From Stylophora pistillata (taxonomy: Eukaryota), in contig NW_019217947.1 in the NCBI RefSeq assembly GCF_002571385.2, forward strand, positions 34,254-98,253: a stretch of DNA of 64,000 nucleotides, given 5' to 3'. Below, in pieces: positions 22,601-37,600 of this stretch. Under the pieces are notes generated by a model, which saw nothing but the letters and a program-made list of their open reading frames with translations, was not told the DNA's origin and made no database searches. The stretch's first letter is position 1. Each line of letters begins with the position of its first letter. A program made the position numbers and the translations under genes.

Positions 22601-25600
22601 CATGTTTTTATTTAGCATTTTCTATTTTCTGTTTGGGAGTTTTAATATAGGGCTAACCAAGATGTTTTTTGTTAACACTATGTTTTCCCTGTATATAAGC
22701 TTGGTTACATCTTGAATAAAGTTAGTATGTTTGTTTATGTTTGTTTATGTTTGTTTTTGTTTGTGCCTATTTTTGAAAGAAAAAAAATTCCTGGTATAGT
22801 GATCTGCTGTTAACTGGAGCTCTTGAGTAACTAAGTTGAGTGTGGCTCCAAGCCACCTGACACACACAAACTTGATGCCCACAGGAGGATGTAATCGCTA
22901 CTTCATGGAGAAGGTCATGTAGGGTTTATACAATCATATTCATAGTTAAGACTGGAAGGCTTGGATTTTAACAGTATGTGGGTTAATTAACTCACACACA
23001 TGCAATGTACCTGACTATAAAAGTATTTCCATCTGACCTGTTTGTTGCTAAGATATCAGTTCTTTAAAAATTGGCCATCTGTCACCAAATTCTGCGAGCA
23101 CTGTTTCAGTCCTTCTCCATACAGTTGGAATTGGCCACCTCTGACACCTGTACCTCTGAAAACAAGATTTCTTGTAGCTGTTCCCCTTAAAATAGGGCTC
23201 CCTTGCTTTTTCAAGGATGCTAATTTCACACTGGCACACTTCTGGCATCTTTGAAAGCAATGCTTCAGGTGGCTATAAAAAACAATGGATTTTCTCTCTT
23301 TATAAAACTCTTAGCTTTCCTGGAGCCAGTTTGTTTCAGATTTTTCATGGAAAACTGGATCTTCGTCGATGATTCCACCTCATCATCAAATATCCACCCC
23401 TCACTGGATGTATCCAAATCATAATCAGTTGCTCTGTCATCAAAATCACCATTCCATTTCAACATCAGATGAATTGGATTCTGGTAAATATTCATCCTTA
23501 TTAGTGGTGGGTATGATGTTGGGCTCGGGTTGCATCAATTTTTTCTTGCAACAGGTGTGGTCCAGGGGTGTCTTGTGTTACAAGCTTGCTCTTTTTACTG
23601 ACATGGCATGAGAGTAGTTTCAATGAGCTCTTTGTGCACTGTTTGTGTCTACACACTCTTTCACACCTTCAACCATGCCTTGTTTAGTGCTTTTGATAAA
23701 GTAGTCAACCACAGCATTCACCACTTGTTTGGAAGTCAAAGCACAGGCAGAGTTGAATCAGCACTGGAATAAGGTCAGAATGGTATGTTTCTATATCTTT
23801 ATACCCATTCACATTTTCAACAACCATCTCATCTGCCAAACTTCCTGTGATATAGATTGGACTGTTTGGGGTGCCTGATTAACTGAAACTATTTGTACTT
23901 TAAAGATTTGGTCCTACAATGCATTTTTCCGTTTTTGAGAAGTATGGGTTGTCATTATGGCCACTTCGCCATAGCCTGTAATTGTTTTTGAGAATCGAAG
24001 TCTCATTGTTTCCATTATTTTCTTAATCAACTGTTAGTTGGCATATTTACTCTTCTTTTGAGCTCCAAAGGTCTACCTTGATAAGAAAGGAATGGAAGGT
24101 GTGAGGAAACATTTATTAACTTGTTATGGACTTCTTCACAAACTTATAACGAGTATTTTTGTTTCACTGCAAATTGTAATTAAAAGGTTTTCCTTGAAGT
24201 CTCATTCCTTTCAGAATATCTACATTTACTTTTCCCTGCACACAGAGCAATGGCCTCCTTGGCTCATCAGGGAAAGGAAAAGGCTTGCAAACATAAAATT
24301 TTGAAAGAAAATCTGACTACTTTTTCTGACTATACATCTCACCCTGCAACAGCAATGATAGAGAATGCACCAACAACTTGGACCCTGAGGGACCCGAGAT
24401 TGGGTTGGCCAGTCCCAAACTATCATTTTGGATGCCAGCATTAGCAGAGTCACATATTAATTGTGTTAAGAACAAAATACATGAAATTCAGGATATGCTT
24501 ATCAAAATAAAAAAACATATTTGCATAATTATAGCAATTGGACCATTTTATTTTTTAATTTTTTTTTTCAGTGTGGAAGTTTCTAAACCTCCCCACTTAC
24601 AATTTTTAAAATGTTCTAGTTGTATTGATTAGCTAGCATTGGCTAGAATATATTTGATGTTTATGGCTGATGGCTTAAGTTTCCTAATTTTTATTGGCTG
24701 CCTTAACTGTCTGATCTGGCCGGTACGCTGTTAAGAACCAGTCATATGCAAGCATTTTGTTATTGGCACAATCATTAACTAGTTATTGGACACCTTGAAA
24801 ACTTACAGTGTCCTTTGAAACATTCAATGAGTCCCTTTTCCTTAGTTTAGTTGTTGAAATGCTTACCTTGGAATACAGTGATACCTTGATGGGTAAAAGA
24901 GATTTGAAAAGGGTAATGGATTAAAAGCAAACAAGGGTAATTTTTTTTATTAACATTTGTGTGTCTTGTTAGGTAATTTGGGCAGAGCAGCAAGTGTTCA
25001 GTAAATATGAACTCTACTACTCCCCTCATGATGGACTAAATTTTAATGATCCAAAGTGGCCATTACAGTGGTACTTGGTAGGTAAAAAGATTTCAAAATT
25101 ACTTCTCTCTTATACCATAAAAATCAGCTCTTTAGGATAAAGTGAGTATTATGTAGTTTCTATGGGATTATCTGACTTAGTACATTAATTCATAAATAGA
25201 TGATTGGAACACATGAGAACATTTGAAGAGAATTATCTTGAAGGTTCGGGTTATTGTTTCGATATTGAAAAGTATGGCAATCTGAATCAAAACAGAGCTC
25301 TTGAAAGTTAAAGGGTCAAAGAAGAAAAACACTCATTAAAATTGACAAATGCCCATGAAATTTGAACTCCGCTGATGCCACAGATCAGGAAATGGTCAGG
25401 AAAGATTATCCTTTCACATCATAGCATAGTCAGTCAAATGTTACTTTGTTTCAGGGAGAACTGAAATCCAGGAGAAAAATCAGGGAAAGCATAAGCTTTA
25501 ACATCACACCCAATCAATTTGCCAGTCTTCAATGTTTCTGAGTGCTTTTTTAACAGTATCATATGGGCTGAATAAAGACTTTTTGAAGACAGTGGATGCT

Positions 25601-28600
25601 GCAACTTAATTTGGCCTTTAGGTTACATTTTGACATTTAGTTGTTTAGTCAAGCAAATTTTATGTTTATGAGAGAAAAGTCATACAAAGAATATTACATT
25701 GAGTTCCAATGGCCAAACAAAATTCTACTTTTAACATTTAAATCATCACAGGACACCTAATCGACACAGCCATTTGACTGTGTGTTTGATAGCCATGTTT
25801 ATGGGCAGTATGAACTGTTAAACTGAAAATGTTTTAGGCAACACAATAGAATTTCCATCCTCTGAGATATTCTGAGACACCACTATTCAAAGGAATGAAA
25901 AAGGGAATTTGCCTTCAACCAAACCAAGGATCCTTTCATTAGGTTCTCTTTCCTTTAATACGATGTGCAATGCAGGTGACATAATATGAAATGTAAAATG
26001 TGTCATTGCATGTTTATACCTACACCATATATTCCCGATGCTTTGTTCTGACTTTTAGATTTTAGCAGAAATACAGCTTGTAGGTTGCTTAAAGTTATTA
26101 AGAGTAATTGGATTAGTATTAAAAAGCTGTGTGAAGGTCTTTGTCAAGAAATTTGTCTGTAGGTTTAATGGAAGTTGCGTTAGTTTTCAATCAAATGGCA
26201 AGCTCTTGATACTTAAGGCAGATGTGACTTCAGCTTAGAAGTGTCGAGTATTTGCAACAATAATTAACCACCAGTAAATCTACCATAGTTAGGTCAACAG
26301 AAAGGGATGAGTCAACAGCAATACTGATATGGACACATGGGAATTGTAGAGTTAAAACTTCAGTATCTCAGAGTATGTTTATTTAATCTTATGGCTTGAC
26401 ATAAAAGCAATAGTTTGCCATGCATTTTACTAGTTTTTAGAGGAGCGTGAATTAAGTTTAGGAGGTCTTGTGTCTGTTGGGCAATAGACTCCTACTAGGT
26501 GCACAATAGCATTCTTTGCTTGAAATTATGTTGTTACTAATAATACACTTCTTCAGCTTTTCAAACCGATGAATTTTTCCATTTGATCAAGCATGTAGTG
26601 CATATATAGAATTGTTTTGTCTTTCCAAAGCTGTTCATTATGAACTTTTGATCGGTATGAAAACTTGAAGAAATATGGTTCTTTGTTTTAGCAAAATAAT
26701 GCATAGTGCAGGTGAGAATCTTTGAGCTCTCCAAGAAGGTTCGTACGACAGTTTGATGAAACTTAGAAAGAACAATAAACGAAATTCAGTGATTTAAGTT
26801 TGCATTACTTAGCACAATACTGTGGAATACATTACTTATATACACAAAAGTTATTCCGTGGGGAGACCATATAGCTAAGCTTCTTACAGCTCGTCCCTTG
26901 TTAATGAATATTAATAACTATAAAGCTACTCATAATTATATAAAACAAGAAAAATCAAAAAGGAAACAAAAGAAAACGTTCATATTGCTGGAAGCAGTAC
27001 AATGGGGGTGTTACGGAAACTAAGACCTAAGACCTAAGACCAGTCTTAGTTTTTGATACTGCAAAAACTAAGACCCCCTAAAATTGAATCTGTCGAAATA
27101 TAAAAGTCAAATTGTAACCAAAACAGGTCTAATCTGTCAAATCATCTCCTGTCCGATCCTTTCCGCCATGTTTTAGGTCAAATTTAACAGTAAATTTAGG
27201 GGTCTTAGTTTTCATAAATTCAAAAGCTATTAAGACCCCTCTTTCTGTAAAATTTCTACAAAGTCAAGTTATGACCGTTCAAAGACTATAATCTGTAAAA
27301 CAACCAAAAACTACTATCATACTTGACGATCAAGCATGCGAATGACTCAATCCGAGTTTCGAATTATGCTGATGATAACCAACTAACTTCAAGTGATTAG
27401 CTCCAAGCAGGTTTCAGGCTGTCCTCATCCGAGACTTAGGAGTCACCTCCAAATGGTTTCGTGACTGTGGTCTGACCCTAAACTTGGACAAATATAAACT
27501 CCTAGTTTTGCCCAAGTGAAAAAGTGATCTAGTAGAACTGGATGTTGATGGTTTTCAAGTCAAAGCGACCGATAATGTGGAACTCTTAGAGGTTGTAATT
27601 GACAATAAGTTAAATTTTAAGAGTCATATGTATATATATATATATATATATCTAAGTTAATTAAGAAAGTAGGTAAACAAATTGATGTACTTAATATATA
27701 TATATATATATATCTAAGTTAATTAAGAAAGTAGGTAAACAAATTGATGTACTTAATCGATTCAAACACATTTTTTCGTTTTCGTCAAAGATATGTATAT
27801 CTAGGGCATTTATCATGCCTCACTTTACTTATTGTAGTTCCATTTGGAATAGCTGTCTCAAAGAAGATAGTGACCGATTAGAGAGAATACATGAGAGGGC
27901 CCTTAGATATGTGTTTAATGACTTTTCCAATGGATATGTTGAAGTTGTTGATTGTTGAAGTTCATTTATTTGTTTAAGCAGGTTGATTTATTGGCAGCTG
28001 TAATAGCTGATGTGGACCTGCTGTCCTAACCCACCCATTCCACCCCAAAGGAGGACATCCATCACACAGTAATCTCGTGTGTGGGAAATTAACGTCTCCT
28101 ACCCCTAACCCTGCAGGAGACGGGAGCTCCATTTATTCGTCCCTATCCGAGAAGACTAGAATATCTAACCATTTCTTGATGTTATAGAAAGGTAGCAAAT
28201 TCTTCTCAATTATTTTAAGACCTTGAGTGTTGGTCCGGCCGGGGCTCGAACCCTCGACCTCCCACACGACAGTCCAGCGCTCTTTCCATTGAGCTAACCG
28301 GGAGGCAGTTTATGATAGTTATATGATAGTCTATGTTATAAGATTGGTTACTCATTAAGTTGTAGATGCATGGATACAAGATATGCTTTTAATAATTTTT
28401 AAAGCCCTCTATAACAATATGCCTCAGTATCCAATCTTTATTTCAAGTAAGAGAAAATAAGAAAAATCTTAGGGGCAAAAACAAACTTGTTTTATCTGTG
28501 GCTAAGACCACAACTTACGGCCTTAAATCGACTTCTTACATTGCTGCTAAGGCTTAGAATGCAGTACCTGGTAAGCTAAGATTAAATGGCCGAATTTGGC

Positions 28601-31600
28601 CCTTTCAGGAATGAGATAACAAAACTAAGTAATTTTGAATTTTGTATCATCATTATATTTAGGCTTGTATTATTTTTAAACTCTGTAATTTTTATTCATG
28701 TATTTTCCTCTGGTATATTAGCATCTCTATTGCTACAGGCCTAACAAGCCTCATTTTCATCTGAGTTTAAATAAAGTCATCTATCTGCACCAAAACCTAG
28801 CATGTGGGCATACGTTATTCAGCTCCGTCACAGGTAATGCTATACAATCACAGAGACACGGAGAATCCCGAAGAAAAACATCCATGCAATTTTATGATTT
28901 AAAGGATAGACAACAAAATTTAAGAGCAATAGGGGTAGGGCATAATTATTTTCAGTGTACAATTATATGTAGGTAGTGTATGGCTTTCATTGTTTGAAAT
29001 TGTTTGAAGAAGTGAATCATCTAGCATGCATGTGATATTAGGATTTGGTGTTTTCTGAATTTTAGTCTTTGAACTGTAGTAATTCGACTTTGTAGAAATT
29101 TTATAGAATGGTTTGGTGGGGGTCTTCGTAATTACAAAAACCAAGAGAAGTCTAAGTTTTCGAAATTACGAAAACTAAGACCCCCAAATTTACTGTTAAA
29201 TTTGACCTAAAACTTGCATTGGTGGAAAGGTTCAGACAGGAGATAGATTTGACAGATTAGACCAGTTTGGTTACAATTTGACTTAATATTTCAACAGATT
29301 CGATTTTAGGGGGTCTTAGTTTTTGTAATCTCAAAAACTAAGATGGGTCCTAGGTCTTAGGTCTTAGTTTTTGAGGATCATAGTTTTCGTAACACCTGCA
29401 CAACGGTGGGCATAGGAGAGTCCTCTCTTTGTTGCATCTGGGACAGAATGTTCTCCAAGTTGTACTGTCAACATCATATAGAAATAGAGCCTAATTGTAG
29501 TTTTGAAGTAATAAAGGTTTAAATGAAGCTAGAAATAATTATGTGACCTGTTCCTACCTCAACAGGCAGAACATTTCATTTGGGGCACCCACATGAAAAA
29601 CGAACATTGCCCTTAGTGATATCAGTGCTAGCATTGCTACTCGATGATCTACGAAATCTTGTTGATTGTGTAGTTACAGGCAGAGCTTCCCTATTTACAA
29701 AAATTAAGTTATCTTTAACTATACAGAAAAAGTATCTACATACTTTTGTTTACTTACTGCTTTTTTATAGCGCTCGTTGAAGCTGAAGTGCATTTTTTTG
29801 TTGTTATGTATGTGTTTGGTGCTTGTGGTGAGATTGATAAATTAAAGGAATGTATTATCTGTTTATAAATATTGTTTAAGAGTCAATCCATCAATAGAGG
29901 CCGTGGCCACATTTTGTCTGCTGTACTACTAATTGTTGTCAGAGGATATGTGAGGTTGAATGATTGTGCAACACAATTTATGTAGGAAGATGGTGTTGGT
30001 GCCTTTTTGACCTGACTGTTGTGGTACTTTTCGATCTTTAGGTATCTTTTCCTTTTATCAAGTGGCCGTTGTGCTTTTTGAGGGTCCTCGAAATTGGATT
30101 AAGCTGCTTCTGTTGATACTATTTAGATGATGTTCTAACTAATATGACCTTTCTAATCTTGCACGCATACCAGTGCGGGTCTTGATCCAAAAAATTTACT
30201 TGGTTAAGTCCTGTCTCACTAGCATGTTCTGATGCCAATGACTTTTTTGAACTTTTAGCACTGCTCTCCTTGATTTTCCAATGTAGTTTTTGCTTCATTC
30301 TTAGTTTAAGAATGCCCTGTCCTGTATCTTTGACTCAGTTGGGGCTTGCATGAGGCTGCTTCAAGTGTACATGTGTTAGTGCACAGCAGGCAGTGGCAAA
30401 GAAGCTTAGATTCATCTTGAAATTAGATGGAATGGTAAAGGATTTGAAATAATAGAAAGCTTCATGCAGATATCTTTTGTAAAAATGAAGTGGAATATTC
30501 ATCAGAAAAAAGAACTGTTTTCAGGTATTTCTCTCCTTGAGGTATAATAGATGGTTCAGTTCTATAGTGTTTTAGGTATAAGTTTGCAAGGAACAGTAAC
30601 TACGTGTTTCACCTGTTCTTTAAACTGTCCATGTATACCCTGTATAGGCTAGCTTTAACTAAGGAGATTGGGCTTTCCATGGCTTCACTTAATCATCAGT
30701 AGACTCGCGGTATTGAATGCCCTTAGTGTTAGCAGGTGTAAGTGTCATACAGTCAGTAAGACTAAAGTCATTCAATGCATAAAGCAGGCTGTCTGGCATC
30801 TTTATATTCAGAGGTTTTCAAGTTCTTAGATGTTGCAGCTTGCAGGGAATACAGTGTAGATGGCCAATGGAGGAGTTGTTCATCAGTGGCCTAGCTCCCT
30901 TAAAAAATATCTCTGTGCAAGCTGAGGTTACATGTAGCTTACCCATGTATATCTAACAGTGTACATTAATTGTTAGTAGGCATTAAAAGGGCCGTGGATC
31001 AAAGTTTTCTTGTCGTGTTTACTTTTGGCAAAGTAACAGACCTTAAGGAAGCAAAAAAGGCTAATTAGCTGCAGTTTGAATAAAGTGAGATACACATGGC
31101 CACTGATGTGACAGTTTCTTTGATTTTTAGGAGAGAAATGATGGACCTTCTTACAATCTGTTAGAGGTTTGGAAGATGGGTTATACTGGTAAAGGAGTTG
31201 TCATTGGTGTGGTGGATGTAGGACTGGAAAAAGACCACCCTGAAATAGAGAGAAATTTTGTGAGTACTGGTAAAAAAAATTGAATATTAATAGCTATTTC
31301 CAAGTTCTTACCAAGAATCACAAATAAATCCTGATCTATTTGAACACTTAGGAGCTACACAGAAAAAGAGATTCTTTACTTTAAGACTGGTATTTTCCCT
31401 GCGATATCAGCAAAGCTGTGGACTGTGCACTGTGGTTTTGGGTCTGTCACCAGATTATGAAGTTGTTTTTAAAATTTTGAATCATCTGAAGACTGTCACT
31501 CAATAGTTAGGCCCATGCTCTTTTGAAACCTAAAGCAATAATGGTAAGAGACAAATTTTAATACTTTTCAATGGTGGAGATACGAAGATCACGCAGTTGC

Positions 31601-34600
31601 TTAAGCATACTTCTCCATTAGGTGCAATGTTGAAATATCGCCGTCAAACCTATTTTAAGTGGTCACCTAGGGGATTGGTGAGGTGACCACTTAAAACAGG
31701 TTCCACAGAAAAGGGGTATTGTAAAATGAAAAAAGATGCAATTTTTTGTTGTAATGGACCACTGCACGTTATGTACAAAAACTTAATCAGAATAAGTACC
31801 AGTAACATTGATTTTGGGACATAAACATGGAGAAATTTTACTTAGTTTTTCATTTTAATTCTTATTTCTATCTGAGTGGTTCCTCTCTGAGTGACAGTTC
31901 AATACAGTAAAAACTTACTTTTGGACTCAGTAATGGGTGACCACGACTACTTAATAGAGGGGAAAATTTCAGAACTTTGAAAATCGACCCCTTCACACAC
32001 GGTAATACAGTGCTACTAATACAGGTAATACAGTGCTACTAATACAGGTTTGACCATGTAGTTCTGAATCCTACAGGGCAGGAATGTTCTGTTGGCTTCT
32101 GTAGCTTTAAAATATTCCATGTGTTTTTAGAAATTACAGTTTTGTAGGGATAGAAGTGTCTACAACAGAAAATAAGCTTATCTTCTAGGGCTATAAAACT
32201 TTTTAGTTTCTTCAGGTAATCTGTTGTTTGTCATTACTTGTCAATCTTTCCCCGTTTATTTTGAGAACAATAATATGTTTCTTCCTCCCCTCCAAATTCA
32301 ATGTGCATGGCGCTTGCATCCCTTCCCTGTCGCCCTGGTTCAAAGCCTTTCCAATAAGTATTGCAGGGCAAGAGGTTTGCTTGTCAGCCCGCAAAAAGTA
32401 AAAAATTATCTTTGCAAATCACCTAGTCTTTCCTTTCATCAAACGTCCAACCACCTTACCAGCTTTTGTAACACTCACAGCATACTTGTCAACAATGTTT
32501 TGTGGTTCTCGTACTGCCGTCAACTCCTCAAAAAGTTCTGGAGACTATAATTATATCTTGATATATGTGATATCCTTTGATGAAAGAATCCAGTTTGTAA
32601 CTGCCACAGTCCTCGGATGTTTTTGAAGGAGCCATTTTGTTCCTAATGGTTTTGTTAGCATACAGATGAAACTTCTCAGGTAGGACTTTTATTTGAAAAT
32701 TAATAAAAGACCGCCTATTGTCCATTGTCTTTTTAAAATAAAGTTTGTTTACTGTAGTGGTGAATTTGACACATGTAAAATAGCAAGTGGAAATTTTAAA
32801 AGCCCTTCCTGTCTATTATTTTCGGTTACTTAGGGGTAACAAAAAAAAAAGCAAAGACAAGATTTCTGTTGCTTTTAAGAAGGGAAAAAAATCCTGACAC
32901 TAAAACTGAAGAAAGCAGGCTCCGAAGCCCTCGACAAGTCAATTAATTCAGTGAAGTGGTGAGGTGCTTAAAGGAAAGGCTAAAAGTTTTGTGAATGAGT
33001 TGCAAATTGAAGATTTTAAAGGCTTGATGGCTGGAAAGTTCGCCACAGTGTAACATTTAAAACTGTTGCTGGTGAAGGAAAGTCATGCACACCTGAAACG
33101 ACAGCTTCTTGGTACATCCGCATTGCAGGTAAAAACAAGTTGATGCCAAACAGTAGTATCTTGGCAGCTGTGAATACGCCCTCAACCGCCTGGAGTAAAG
33201 TGTCTGAAACGACTATAGAGAATTCTTTTAGATGCGCGAGTATTTCACAACAGTGGCAGGGATCTGCTGCAAGAAACAGTGACGACCCATTCAGAGATCT
33301 GAATGAAGAGCTTGACGCCCTTAAAGAGAGCTCCAGATGTCATCTCTCCTAAGGTTGGTGCAGCAAGCATACTCGAATGTGACATTATGACGTCCTCACT
33401 CTCGACTCTGAGGGGCTGTCAGACCAAAACATCGTCACAGAATTTTGTTCTCTGGGTGATACTGGGGCAGGAGACGATGATGACTTGACTATCGAAGAAC
33501 CGCCCCCACCCAAAAGACTTTCCAAACATGAAGTGTCGGCGGCAATTGATGTGCTTGAAACACAGCTTGTTTTTTAACAATCAGTTTGTTGACTTTGAGT
33601 CCGGCATTGAGAAGTTGTGCAACACCACTGACAGAAACAGAATGGCTGCTAAACACCAGTGATAGGACGGACTATTCTTCAAATCAATCATGTGAATAGA
33701 TTTTTCAACGAATGTTAAAGTGAGATTTAACGCTAAACATTCTGAAGAGCAGCTACTTCATATTTCATCCTTTTGTTTTGTTTTGTTTTTGTTTTGTCGT
33801 TTTTATGCTCTTACTTTGCTAAAAATCTTACAATAAAGCGTGTGAAAGCATAAAATCTCTTTAATCAATTGTCTCTAGTCTTTTTGTTCATAATCCCTAT
33901 AACTCGAAACCCTGAAAACTTAAAGTAAATTCAATTCTGCATGGCAATTCGAGTTACCGGGGTTGAACTGTAATTGTTTCCCTACTCAAAACTGGCTAGG
34001 TCAAATGACCAACAAAAACCGCATGTCAAGCCGAGCTTTAATAATTATTCAATTTAAAGGAAATAATTTATAAATCGCAATCAGAACAAAGGCAAATCAA
34101 GTCTTCATCTTGTAACTAAATTAAGAAAACTTCAACGTAAACTTACTTGTGTAGTGGGTCGTTACACTTAACAGATTAGCAGACTTTTTTAACAGATTCT
34201 CCAGGTAGGCGGATTTTCAGACGACTATAAAATAACTTCTTTCTCTCTTTGATTCTTCTGAAAAATTGGTTTGAAACAAAATAACCTTACGTTTTTAAAT
34301 CAATTTACAAAATAAATGTCTGTCAATTCTTGTCATTTAATATATCTATTAATAAGAGGTGATGCCCATAATATTTGATAAACGAAACAGTGATAAATTT
34401 GTCTTATTGGGAGTTTAAATAACCCTCGTGGGGCCTGACACAATGGCCATGAAGGTTGCAATTAATGTTGCATGTAAGATGTATCTATTTAACTGTTCAA
34501 ACTGCATTATTCCAAAGATTACGTTCACTCAGTTGATCAGACATCTCTTAAAAAATCATTGTGCCCTTATTTTTATCGGGAAGTATTTGTTAGACCAAGA

Positions 34601-37600
34601 TATTCAGCTTTCGGTAGTAAAACCATCGAACGAGCTACAGTGAACTTTGAACTCACCACACACGGTCTGGTATGGTTACATTAAAGAAATAGAACAACTG
34701 AATGACAGTCAATCGTTCTTTTAATCAACTGAAACATATAAATATAGAATATCACTGGTGGCTCAGTAAAGTTCTTCTGCCAAGAAAATTTTACAAGAAA
34801 ATTCATTATTTGACGAGGGAATTCTGCCTTAAATTGCACACATTTCGGTTTTCAAGTGCAATTTAACACGGAATTCACGAGTCAAGTAATGGATTTTCCT
34901 TGAAACGCAGAATTGAATAAAAACAACTTAAAATAGAGAACGGCATCACTTATAGTTGTTATGTATCCGTAGCTGAGAAACAGTATCACTCAGCCTTGTT
35001 TTCAATCACAATTCTACGCTAAATACCTTGCTTTGTTAACCAATTAGAATGTGAGATTTTATTTACTGATGCGATTCTATGTGAGACCAGTAATGCTCAT
35101 AGCTGGAGCTGTGTGGAACTGATTGATTATTCATTTATTTGGCCTGACAGCATTGTTTTGTTTGCATTTGTGCTTTAATAAAAAAAAATGGGAGAATAAT
35201 GAGGAAAAGGTAAAACTTGAAAAGGTGCAGTCAAAGAACAAATTCAGTCTTCAACCTAACTCAGATCAGAGAAGATGTTCCTTTCTCTTAGCTTGTATTT
35301 AATCATACATTTGCTTTAGCTTGGTGAATGAGGCAGTGCTTTCAACAAAAGGAATGAAGTGAAAACTGTAAACACGCACAGTGGTTGTACAAAAGAGAAA
35401 TCCCTGTTTGATTGTGTGGAAATGACTGTCCAGTTCTTTAGTAACACCCTGCTAAACTATGAAAGAAATAGTTGAAATTGATAAGGTACCATGCACCAGG
35501 TGCCTTGTTTTCTTGACTTAGTTTTAGTTTAGTGGATTCGCCGACAGGCAGGGACACCACGACAGCTTGTGCCAATTTACTGCGGGCCCAGTAAACCCAC
35601 CCATCCCACCCCNNGGGGTGGGATGGGTGGGTTTACTGGGCCCGCAGTAAATTGGCACAAGCTGTTGCGGTGTCCCTGCCTGTCGGCGAATCCAATAAAC
35701 TAAAACTAAGTCAAGAAAACAAGGCACCTGGTGCATGGTACCTTATCAATTTCAACTATTTCTTTCATAGTTTAGCAGGGTGTTACTAAAGAACTGGACA
35801 GTCATTTCCACACAATCAAACAGGGATTTCTCTTTTGTACAACCACTGTGCGTGTTTACAGTTTTCACTTCATTCCTTTTGTTGAAAGCACTGCCTCATT
35901 CACCAAGCTAAAGCAAATGTATGATTAAATACAAGCTAAGAGAAAGGAACATCTTCTCTGATCTGAGTTAGGTTGAAGACTGAATTTGTTCTTTGACTGC
36001 ACCTTTTCAAGTTTTACCTTTTCCTCATTATTCTCCCATTTTTTTTTATTAAAGCACAAATGCAAACAAAACAATGCTGTCAGGCCAAATAAATGAATAA
36101 TCAATCAGTTCCACACAGCTCCAGCTATGAGCATTACTGGTCTCACATAGAATCGCATCATTAAATAAAATCTCACATTCTAATTGGTTAACAAAGCGAG
36201 GTATTTAGCGTAGAATTGTGATTGAAAACAAGGCTGAGTGATACTGTTTCTCAGCTACGGATACATAACAACTATAAGTGATGCCGTTCTCTATTTTAAG
36301 TTGTTTTTATTCAATTCTGCGATTCAAGGAAAATCCATTACTTGACTCGTGAATTCCGTGTTAAATTGCACTTGAAAACCGACATGTGTGCAATTTAAGG
36401 CAGAATTCCCTCGTCAAATAATGAGTTTTCTTGTAAAATTTTCTTGGCAGAAGAACTTTACTGAGCCACCAGTGATATTCTATATTTATATGTTTCAGTT
36501 GATTAAAAGAACGATTGACTGTCATTCAGTTGTTCTATTTCTTTAATGTAACCATACCAGACCGTGTGTGGTGAGTTCAAAGTTCACTGTAGCTCGTTCG
36601 ATGGTTTTACTACCGAAAGCTGAATATCTTGGTCTAACAAATACTTCCCGATAAAAATAAGGGCACAATGATTTTTTAAGAGATGTCTGATCAACTGAGT
36701 GAACGTAATCTTTGGAATAATGCAGTTTGAACAGTTAAATAGATACATCTTACATGCAACATTAATTGCAACCTTCATGGCCATTGTGTCAGGCCCCACG
36801 AGGGTTATTTAAACTCCCAATAAGACAAATTTATCACTGTTTCGTTTATCAAATATTATGGGCATCACCTCTTATTAATAGATATATTAAATGACAAGAA
36901 TTGACAGACATTTATTTTGTAAATTGATTTAAAAACGTAAGGTTATTTTGTTTCAAACCAATTTTTCAGAAGAATCAAAGAGAGAAAGAAGTTATTCTAT
37001 AGTCGTCTGAAAATCCGCCTACCTGGAGAATCTGTTAAAAAAATCTGCTAATCTGTTAAGTGTAACGACCCACTACACAAGTAAGTTTACGTTGAAGTTT
37101 TCTTAATTTAGTTACAAGATGAAGACTTGATTTGCGTTTGTTCTGATTGCGATTTATAAATTATTTCCTTTAAATTGAATAATTATTAAAGCTCGGCTTG
37201 ACATGCGGTTTTTGATGGTCATTTGACCTAGCCAGTTTTGAGTAGGGAAACAATTACAGTTCAACCCCGGTAACTCGAATTGCCATGCAGAATTGAATTT
37301 ACTTTAAGTTTTCAGGGTTTCGAGTTATAGGGATTATGAACAAAAAGACTAGAGACAATTGATTAAAGAGATTTTATGCTTTCACACGCTTTATTGTAAG
37401 ATTTTTAGCAAAGTAAGAGCATAAAAACGACAAAACAAAAACAAAACAAAACAAAAGGATGAAATATGAAGTAGCTGCTCTTCAGAATGTTTAGCGTTAA
37501 ATCTCACTTTAACATTCGTTGAAAAATCTATTCACATGATTGATTTGAAGAATAGTCCGTCCTNNNNNNNNNNNNNNNNNNNNNNNNNNNNACACCCTGC

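Larger units (their letters stand above)
27006..29397. mobile_element. MULE-like non-autonomous element with ~300-bp TIRs, interrupted by a LINE
   Basis: gggtgttacggaaactaagacc ... ttttcgtaacacct; arms about 27006-27320 and 29030-29397 are inverted; flanking 9-mers gtacaatgg / gcacaacgg. Confidence 0.8.

Noticed and set aside
22850-24650. Short ORFs with coding-like composition
   Set aside because: No recognisable motif; likely a decayed TE but not assignable
34428-36799. Identical 71-aa ORFs on opposite strands
   Set aside because: Products of the inverted duplication; no protein features
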